NCBI GenBank assembly: GCA_001179505.1
Contig: CDMY01000777.1
Location: 1-20,805, forward strand
Source of the DNA: Vitrella brassicaformis CCMP3155
Lineage: Eukaryota > Protista > Chromerida
DNA: 20,805 nt
Direction of reading: 5' to 3'
The notes below the pieces were generated by a model, which had not been told where the DNA came from, did not search any database, and worked only from the letters and a program-made list of their open reading frames with translations. The translations under genes were made by a program, and so were the position numbers. Numbering within the stretch: position 1 is the stretch's first letter; each line of letters begins with the position of its first letter. Shown here piece by piece: positions 10,101 through 19,638 of this stretch.

Positions 10101-13079
10101 TGGATCGTCGAAAAAGACCCCACCTGTGTCACTCACTCACTCACTCACACACACACAGAGGCAAGCGGCAGCTTCACTAGAAAACACACGGGCACACAGG
10201 CACACACACACGCACACGCGCGCAGACAGACGTACACACACTCCCCTGCTGCTCTGAGAGGTAGAAAGGAACAAAGCTGACCCCACCAGCGAGCAAAGCA
10301 ACAGACAGACAGAAAGACAGACAGACAAGTCCCTAGAACTCATGTGTGTGAGTCAGTCAGTCGTGTTTGGTGTGTCATGGTTCAGATGGCTGGTTGCTTG
10401 CGGCCCACTGCACTTCGAAGCGCAACAAGTACCATCATGCCCCCCCATGGATAGCAGGCACACCAGGGAGGGAGGCACCGAGTCGGCGAGCAGACAGACA
10501 GCCAGCCAGCAATGCGTCGGTCGTTGATTGATGTGAGAAAACCACTCAGCCGATGTCTAGTCGAGATGGGTGTGTGTGTGTGGTGGATACCGTGTCGCCG
10601 CAAGTAAACCCCAGCCAGACAGCCAGCCAGCCAGGTAGTCAGTCAGTTAGAGCCAAAAACGCTAGTCACGAATCAGCATGAGGTGGGCGGATGAGTGGAT
10701 GGATGGATAAGTCAGTCACGGCGCAGATGCGTCCCGTCCCGTCCCGTCCCGTCCCGTCACGTCACGGGCGTCATTCATCGTTTGTGTGTGCTTGTGACGG
10801 GTGAAGGCATGATTGGTTCCCCCTCATATGAGACTATCACCTCATGGATTGTATCCTCCCACACGCCTCACGTCATCCCTCCATCCATCCATCCCTCCAT
10901 CCATCCATCCATGCCTTCACTCGTCCACACACACAACGCAACACAACACAGCACAGCACAGCACAACACATAGGCAAACTCTTCCCCGCCAGAAAACACA
11001 CTCACACTCGCGCAAAGACACAGCAGCAACCAGTCAATATGCAGCAGGCAGGCAGGCAGGCAGCAAGACAAAGGAAGGCCCCAAGTGAGGCACCGAGCAT
11101 CCAGCCAGCATCACAAATATACCTACCGGCAATGGCGTGGTGTGGTATGGTGTGATGTGATGTGTCAAGGCAGAGAGAAGGGCTCACTGACTGACTGACT
11201 GACTGCGACAGAGAGAGAAAGAGACGAGACCAGACGAGATGAGAGGAAGGACGAGGCGCATAGCGTGAAGATGAGCAGAGAGTGTCAATCAAACGTCAGA
11301 GCAAATGCGGTGTGTGTGAGTGTCCGAGCAAGAGTGAGCCTCAGAGAGAGACGGGGGGGGGGTGTATGGTGGCCGCGGTGGCAGCTGGGATGAGCTGCGT
11401 GGCATACTAAGTGTCTGCCTGCAGGTCTGCAGGGGGGGAGGGAGGGAGGGAGGGAGGGATGGTGAGTCAGGGTGTGTGAACAAATGCGACTGAATGAATG
11501 GGCAGGGACGACACGGCTGCATCGCATCGCTGCCCTGTGCACGCGCACGCACACACTCACTCACACCACACACACTGACAGACACAAGTACGAACAAACA
11601 AACACGACACAACACGACGGGGGCTGCGGGCGATGTTTCCATTTCCTTCCTCTTCCCTGCACGTTTGTCTGTCTGGCTGGCTGGACCGGTCAGCTATCTA
11701 GGGGTCCACACTACCACACACACCTTGCCTGCGCACAGACGCGAGGGAGTGTCGATCAGGTGAGTGAGCACTGCACTGACTACCCGTTCACTGGTCTCTA
11801 CAGCAAGAAGCCAGTAAATGAGTGGTTCCTCTCTGTCCGCGGCTGGGGGGGGCCGGTCCACGCAGTAGCTGCGCTCATGTGTGCCCTCCACCCATCCATC
11901 CATCCATACATACATCGTCTGTGCTTGCACATGTGCCTTAAAAAGGGCTACAGTCGGTGGTCGGTGGGTGGTTCACAGTCACTTCGCCTTGTGTGGTGTC
12001 GTGTGTGCCTTGCCAAGTCATTCATTCATTAAGGCAGCAAACCAAAGGAAGGAAGCACGATGGATGCTCCCTCCCTCCCTCCCTCCCCGGCACCAACACA
12101 GTATGATTGATATAAAGAGAGATACCCCTCGATCTAGTGTTAGTCCCTGTCCCGACAGACAGACAGACAGACACGCATCTGAGCAATCAATCAACCAATC
12201 CATCCATCCATCCAACTAAGCTACCCAGACCGACTGCAAGAGCGGCCCGACACGGTGACTGACGGGCACCCACTGCACTCCCTCTACCCCCCTCTAGCCA
12301 CTGAGAGAGTGAGGGAGTCGGTCGCATTGGCTGGCTGCCCGAGGGAAGGCGAGCAAAAAATCGCAGCGACACACACACGACACAGTGGGGTAAGTGGGAG
12401 AAGCCGATGCACTCACCCGCCGTCATTCGCAGCCCTTGATGCAGGCGGGCATCGGTCGAGACAAATGAAACACCCACGCTCCCGCACGCGGCCACCATGC
12501 CATGCACACAGACAAGAGAGGGAGAGAAAGGCCGCACAGACAGACAGAAGGCAAGCAAAGCAGGCAGGCTGGCCGGTCCTCAATCCCAAAAAAAAGCCCC
12601 ATGCACCCCACGCGATGGATGGGTGACTCTCTCTCTCTCTTTCATCCGATGGATTGGATGGATTGCCAGGCAGGACACACAAGGACAAGGAAGCCACACA
12701 AGGGAAGAGCAAAACCCCTGAATGCAATGTCCCTGTGTCGAGCTCAGGTAGGCAGGCACGCACGGAGCGTGGGAGAAACGCAATCGATCAACCAGGCACG
12801 CCACGGCACGCATGGTTAAATAAAGGCACACACCCCTCCGCACACGCACACACACACACACACACGCACGCATGATGGGTCGCATGGACGGCATTCGTTC
12901 AAGAATGAATCAGGCAGGCATGCAGGCGGGCAGGCATGGCTCACTAAAACACCGAGTGGTCGATCGACCGAGAGCGCGTGTGTGTGCGCGCGTGAGTGAG
13001 TACCGAGAGAGACGAGCAGAGAAGAGGCAGGGAGGCACGTGATTGACTAACTTTGCGGGCTGTCTTGTTTGTTTGTGTT

Positions 13080-13107
13080 GGGAGGGAGGGAGGGAGGGAG
13101 GGAGGGA
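13080..13107 (+). repeat. (GGGA)7 tract, G-quadruplex/triplex-competent
   Basis: gggagggagggagggagggagggaggga read directly. Similar shorter GGGA/TCCC tracts lie near 11436-11458, 5766-5783 and 12069-12086. Confidence 0.85.
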
Positions 13108-14712
13108 GCATCAACGAAAAATGGTATGGAGTGGGTCGGTGGGCTGAGTGAGAGACAGACGGGGCAGAGAGAGAGAAAGAGAGAGAGCATGAATGGATGG
13201 ATGAGATCCAGCTAGGCTGGTGAGTGAGCATTGAGTGCGTGCATTGCGTCCCCTTTCCCATCCCAAGCGCCCACCATCCACCCCATTACACATACAGACG
13301 CGTGGTGCACATGCAATATACCTGACATATGACATGACATGCAGGCAGCCAATCAATACATACATTACCCTACTCAACGATTCAACGACACACGGAGGTT
13401 TGGTCTCTTATATAAATGGCCGCCCAGCAGCTGCCTGCCAGCCAGCCAGCCAGCCAGAGAAGCATCGAGAGTCAGTCAGTCAGTCAGACAGACAGACAGC
13501 AAGGGAGTGAGAGAGAGGGGTGCAAATGTGAGCATAGACCGACTGACACGACGGACTCACTGGCTCGGTCGGGCTGCAGGCACTGATGTGGTGGTGGGTG
13601 GTTTGCCAACAAATAGCTAGCAGCAGCAAGTGGATACGCATACACACACACACACAGAGACATATGCACACACACAGAACTACACACGCACACACGGGGG
13701 CGGAGCTGCTGGCCGCCGCGATGCAGACCGGCCTCAACCAGTGGAAGCTCGCTTCTTTGTCCTCACCCCCTGCTTGCTTAAACCATCACCCTCGACCCCC
13801 CGCTGGCCATCTCATCACTGTCCGTGCGCGCGAAATGTGCGTGTGAGTCGAATCATCCACCCACCATCCACCATATACCCTACAGATCGCACACAAGCCA
13901 GGCAGGCAGGCAGGCAGGCAGGCGGGCAGAGGAAGACGGGCGGCCACTCACTCAGCGAGTCAGCCAGTTTGCTTAGCGTCCCACGCTTTTCAGAGGTACA
14001 GCTAGCTGTGTGCAGCGAGTCGGCACACACACACATCCACACACACACATACATAGGGAGGCAGAGACATACACACACACATACACACACAGGGGTCAAG
14101 GTGGCCCACCGAGCAGCCGAGAGAGAGAGGGTGGACGATACAAACGGACAGACAGACAGCAGGCGAAAAAGACGCGCGTTGTCGACCGACCGACCGACCG
14201 ACAGACAGACACACAGGCGCGTGTGGTGGTTGCTGGCTTGTGGGGGTGCTTTGTCACGATGCGTGGCCGCAATCGAGCCGATGGTCTGTCTGCATGCCTT
14301 GCCCCACACACCACAAACCACACACCACACCCACACGCTCCACGTAAACTAGCCAATAAGATATATGGGATAGATACACAGGCCAACCGACAGACAGATG
14401 CGCAGACAGACATACATACAGACCGACAGACCGACCGACCGGCATACACACAATCTCTCTCGTCGTGTCATGAAACGCACGCGACAAAACCGACACACAC
14501 ACACACACGAAGACCTGCGTAGCTCGCTGACAGGTTGAAATACACCCCACCCCACCGCACCCCACCACACCGCACACCCATCCGAGCGAAGGAAGGAAGG
14601 AGGCAGAGGAAACCGGCAGTGAGTGGATGAGTGAGTGAGTGAGTGAGCTGGCGCAAAAATCCCCGCAGCCAAGACAAGACAAGCCAAGCCAAGCCAAGAC
14701 AAGACAGACAGA

Positions 14713-14744
<32 letters not shown>

Positions 14745-15488
14745 AAGCCCCCACGCAGCCAGTAAGCCAGCGCGCATAAATGCATCGACCAACGAGCCGT
14801 GTGGATGGATGGATGGATGGATGTGGCCGTGTGGATATATGCGCGAGTGTGGCGAAATGCGGCAGGAAATGTGTGTGTGTGGCCATGAATTTGAAACCAT
14901 TCAGATAGACAGACAGACAGGACACCAGACCACCCCACACACATCGACACACACGTGCATCACACAAGCCAAGCCAAGCCAGCCCCTCAGTAGCACCCAC
15001 CAAGTAGCACCAAGCAACACAACTCAGTAGTCAGCTGACGTATGTAACATGCGTCACCATCACATCACATTACATTACATTACATGGCCAGCAGCTGCAC
15101 GCAAGGCAAGCGCCCACACGATGAATGAGAGAAACCCCACACACACCACACCACACCACACACATGTGTGCATCATCACATGGGTCGACGCAGGCAGGAG
15201 ATCGATCTCAGAGGCAGGGCAGGGCAGGGCAGGGCAGAGGTAGCAAGTGAGTGACAGACAGCCAGCCGAATTCTCTTCCATCCATCCATCCATCCATCCG
15301 ATGCACCCATCACGTTCTTGAATGCACCTCGCTGTCCACCGCATCATTGTAGTCGTGTGCACTTAGATATAGCTTATGCCATCCGATCCAGGCAGCGACC
15401 CGGGTACTCTCTGTCTACGCCTGTGTGCTCCTCGCCCGCCGTCACTGTCTGTGTGGGTGTGGGGGTCATTGATGGGCTTGTAGATCGG

Positions 15489-18400
15489 TCAGGGGGTGCG
15501 TCGGTGTCTGTGCCGCAGCAGGTACGTCGCACCCTCTTGCTGCACACACACACACACACACAGACGGACAGGGAAGCAGAGCCAGTGGCTGAGCAAGTAG
15601 CTTAGCTCCTGTGTGTGCGCTTCCCGACGCACCTGAGTGGTCTCGAGTAGCTTCGTTCGCACGTCGGGGTCATCCAGATGCTGCGAGTGGATCACCTGCA
15701 CACCACAGCCAAAACCACACACGAAGGAGGCAAGAGATCAAGGCAGGCATATGCTCTGCGTGGATTGGGGGGCATCCCCTCACTCACCAGGTGAATGAGT
15801 TTGTGTGCGATTTCCATGACGTTGACGCCTTCGGCGATGATGCCCATGTCGCCCTCGGCCCCCCCTAGCTGTCCACTGTCGGTCATGGAAGATGCGTCGC
15901 TGTCGCCGTTTGTCGACTCGCTCTCGTCGTAGTGCATGCGATTCAACAGACTACTGTACTCCAACTGACCACACCACACGATGCAACCAACGCAAGGCAA
16001 CCAAGGCAAACAAACACATGACTGACTGACAAGCATCGCATCGCTCGCTGTGTGGATCGATGAGTGAGTGAGTGAGTGACCTTGAAGACGTCGGCGCAGA
16101 GCTCGCGGTGGATCGACACGGGAATCAGACTGGTCAGTCAGTCAAGTCAGTCACAGTGGGATGGAAAAGAAAATATTTCCAGCATCTATGCCAGCCAGTG
16201 CCTGCCTGCCTGCCTGCCTGGATTGATTGATTGCGTGCGTGCCTACCGTACCTCGGTTCCACATACTGGATGAGTTGTATGAGTGTGGCCGCCACCAGGT
16301 GGCTGCCGGGGACGCTCACATGCGTACCTTAACCAACCAAGGAGGGAGGGAGAGAGAGAGAGATCCACCATCCGTTCGTCGAGGTCAGTCAGGTCGTTTA
16401 GTCGTGACCGCACTCACTCACTCACGCACCTCTCATGCAGGCGGCGCCCAGGACACAGACGATGACCTCGATGATCATCGGCAGGTAACCACGGGAGGCG
16501 ATCGCATCGTACATCTTAGATACACACACACACACACACACGTGGGCGGTTGGTTTGGGCGGGTGGGTGGCTGGGTGCGTGGCGTGGGCTGGCCGGTTCC
16601 CTCCCCTCCTTACTCTGAAGTAGGTGAGGTCTGGGTGGTGTTTGAGTGAGCTGAGGTACAGAACGGCGAAGTCTATCGGGGTTTTGAGCAGGAATCGACC
16701 ACTCAGAGTCTGACAGACCGCACACACCAGAGAGAGCTTCGTGAAGGGCTGGCTGGTGGGCGTGCGTGTGTGTGTGTGTGTGTTTACGTCCATGATGTCC
16801 AGTTGAATGGTTTTGACCTGGTGCACCGACCGCAGGTAGGGCGCCGCACGCACAAACGCTGACAGCTGCGGCACGGAACGATCCTCAAAATACTCCTACA
16901 CACACCACATCAGCGCGACACATGCACATGAAGACGGAGGCATCGATTTGTGCGTGTCGGTCGGTCGGTGATGGGCTGGGCTGGGCTGAAAGTGACCTAC
17001 CTGTAGTCCGGCGCCGATGAAGAGGCATGCGACGGAGAGGACGGGCAGGTGTGCCGTCTGGATGGGCTGTGTCGAGTACTTGAGGAACCGATCCAACGCA
17101 TTCACCGACGTCAGAAACGTCTTCATCTGCCAACGCAAACTGAAGCAAGCAACCAACCAGCCAAACCAACGCCATACACACAACCGTGGTTACACACACA
17201 ACACACACTGATCCCATGATTCCATCGCCGCCCTCTCCCTCCCATCCGTCAGCCATCCCCCCTGTGTGTACCTCTGGCAGACTTCGCTCATCCACTGCAC
17301 GACTTTCCGTCGGTCCCGTGCGGTGATGGGTGCTGTGCGCATCGGCTGTGTGTGCGCGGGGCTGCCCTGACCCGCCGGCTGGTCAGTCGTGGTGGGCCCA
17401 CCACCACCACCAGGGGAGCGTGATGGTGTGGGTGGCGACTGGTCCATCGACGCGTCACACATGTCGGGATTGATGGTGCAATCCACCTCACTGCGATAGC
17501 AACCTACAAGACACATCACATCACATACACACAGACAGGCGATGAGATGCGAGCGGCACCAATCCACCCCACCCACACCACACGTGTGGTGTGCCGCCCC
17601 GATCACGTGTAGGGGTGTCTGTCTGTGTGCGTACCCTTGATGGCGTTGGGTGCATCCCGGATGAGTTGTAGCTGCTCGGGGTCCATGAGTAGTGTCTCAG
17701 CGATGGCGTTGATCTCCCGCAGCACCTCGGCCGGCTGGTCGGGCACGCCGAACAGGTCTATGCCCGGGAAGGGCGACGAGGGGGTGGACGGGGTGCCGCT
17801 CATCGTGGGGGTCGACGGGTAGCCCAACAACATGCCTGCACTCTCCCCCTCCACCATCGCCGTGTCCTGCATGTGTATGTGCATCACAGTCACACCACAC
17901 GGACGGACAGGAAGTCAGTAGGTCGTTGCAACCGCGGCGTTGTGATACATATCAGTCGGTAGCTCTCTTTCTTGTCTCACCTGTCCGGACGATACGGATG
18001 ACCCACCATAGGATATGGCTCTAGTGATGCCGGGCTTGTGTGGGGGCAGGTGTGCGCACAGCGCAGCCGACTCGCCGAACCGCCCGCTACTGCCACCCTC
18101 ACTGTCCTCCTCGCTCGATGTGCTCGACGGCGCACTGGTCGATGCCGTCCACTCGTGCGGCTTGTGGTCGTGGGTGTCGAGGTCCATCCCCATGGGGCTG
18201 GACCCTCTGTGGTGGGTGATGGGCACCGTGATGGGCTCGCGCACCGCCTGCAGGGTGAGGTTGGGGCGACGGCTGTGTGCCGACTGACCGGTGGGAATTG
18301 GCATGTCGGGGTGGTCCGACGACTGGCGAGGAGCGTCGCACTTGGGGGGTGCGGTTGCGGCTGTGTGGTCGTCGACGGTAAGGGAGATGCTGCGAGTGAG

Positions 18401-18927
18401 GGACAGCACCTGAGCACAGGGGGGGCAAACCACCCACGTGTGTGGATCCTCCGTGTGTTTCTTTCTTCCCCCTTTGCCCCGTGACACACACCGGTGCGCA
18501 CCTTATCGCCGGTTTGTGTCATGATGGCTTTGGTCGACACCGACTTGCCCATGGTACTGTAGGCGCTATGGCTGCCCTGGTCATGCTTGCCCACCAGCAG
18601 ATGTGAGTGGCCACCGTACCCATGGGTGCTGGCCGTGAGCTTGTGGGGCAGAATCTCCTTCCCATGACCACCAACACCAACCGCCCCCGTGCTGCGGTAG
18701 GGGCAGCTCTTGGCGTAGCCCGCTGACAGCACCGTCACCACGCCCTTGTTAGTGGTCGCCTCACCGGGATGCGTGACGCTGCGGATGTCGTGTGCAGGGC
18801 CCTTGCGGAAGGCACATGACAAGGCCTGCATGGGGCGGCTGTATGGGGCGCCCGGCTTGCCCTGGGTGGTGCCGACTGACGACTGCGCCGGCGGGACGGG
18901 CAGGTAGTGCGTCGAGCGGAAGGGCAT
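15489..18927 (-). CDS. Atypical cyclin (N-terminal cyclin box plus probable C-terminal cyclin fold) with long low-complexity N-terminus, 13 exons, about 720 aa
   Basis: Predicted exons on the minus strand: 18927-18502, 18409-17981, 17866-17635, 17503-17272, 17139-17001, 16895-16788, 16709-16614, 16514-16430, 16327-16252, 16129-16081, 15964-15788, 15695-15633, 15539-15489. All introns are GT-AG and phase-compatible. The spliced core reads RDRRKVVQWMSEVCQSLRWQMKTFLTSVNALDRFLKYSTQPIQTAHLPVLSVACLFIGAGLQEYFEDRSVPQLSAFVRAAPYLRSVHQVKTIQLDIMDTLSGRFLLKTPIDF, matching the cyclin-box pattern (MRAILVDWLVEV, NYIDRFLS, LQLVGxAAMLLASKFEE, VLRMExLVL, PT). VPGSHLVAATL resembles the second-fold PSxIAAAAL. The start codon (18927) and last exon (stop at 15489 or 15374) are less certain. 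Confidence 0.85.
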
Positions 18928-19638
18928 GGCGGCAGGCGAGGCAGGGCGACCGGGTAGAAGGGCGAGGTGGACGGGCAAATCAAGGCGCCGACAACTCAAA
19001 TCAGCCCTGCATGGACGGACGTCTGTCTGCAGGAAGGGAAGAGCAATGAGACACGATGTCTGCTGGTGCGAGTCATGCAGCCATGCAACATCTCTCTCCT
19101 CCCGTGCGGCTGGATCTGCGCATCATCGGACTGTCCCGCATCGCTCACCTGCTGCTGATGCAGGTCCTCGTGCTGATGAGCTGGCGTGGCCCGCTCGAAG
19201 ATGAATCAGATCCTAACCGCCCACTATCTCACGCACACATCAGGACGTCCTCCATTCAACGTACTCGCCGGGAGGCTCTTATGTTGTGGAAACGCAACGC
19301 GAGCTAGCTGTCTGAGCTTGCAAGTGTAGAACAGAAGGAAAGGCGAAGGATCTGTGGGGACTGAGCCGTTAAGGCAATGAATGGCGTCACGTCACGCAAG
19401 CCTCCCCGCCGCAGAACTCATTTCACACGTACGCCATCGCTCGTGTGCTGTGCAAGGTGCTGTGCGCATTTTCCCCCCCTGATGTGTGCAGGTATTGGAC
19501 GTGTTGGCTTGTTGTCCAACAGAGGATTCCAGAAGAACCAGGAGCGAAGTGTCAGGTACTCTCGGGAACAGCTACAGGCGTTTGCTTCAGGGAGAGTAGC
19601 TGTTCCCACCTCCAGAGCTGGCTTGACCTTGTCCGCCT
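18928..19638. promoter_or_regulatory. Divergent (bidirectional) promoter and spliced 5' leader region shared by the cyclin and Raptor genes
   Basis: 711 nt lie between the two predicted ATGs on opposite strands. Intron-like segments occur on - (19148-19027, GTGAGC...CTTCCCTTCCTGCAG) and on + (19429-19491, 19556-19615). Transcription starts are not visible in sequence. Confidence 0.55.

Larger units (their letters stand above)
2599..15373. repeat. About 12.8-kb tract dense in compound microsatellites with no recognisable protein domain
   Basis: Interleaved (CA)n/(GT)n, (CCAT)n, (CAGA)n, (GGCA)n, (CAGC)n, (CAGT)n, (GAGT)n, (GGGA)n, (CGAC)n, (CACCA)n, (CAGCA)n, (CCAAG)n, (CCCGT)n and (GGGCA)n arrays. 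ORFs in the track here translate to repeat peptides such as CVCV, PSIH, DGWM, QAGR and THTH. Confidence 0.9.

Noticed and set aside
2599-15373. Dozens of 60-250 aa ORFs and any CRISPR-like or transposon interpretation of the repeats
   Set aside because: The translations are microsatellite peptides. There are no constant-length repeat-spacer units, terminal inverted repeats, LTRs, or transposase or reverse-transcriptase motifs.
3310-19310. Scattered TAGCTA/AGCTAG motifs resembling the Plasmodium AP2-O site
   Set aside because: Few, dispersed and not clustered at promoters; enrichment cannot be claimed without a count against background.
19229-19626. Selenocysteine or genetic-code reassignment of the leader UGAs
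   Set aside because: No SECIS element was identified, the extended peptides resemble no selenoprotein, and the cyclin's preferred model ends in a normal TGA.
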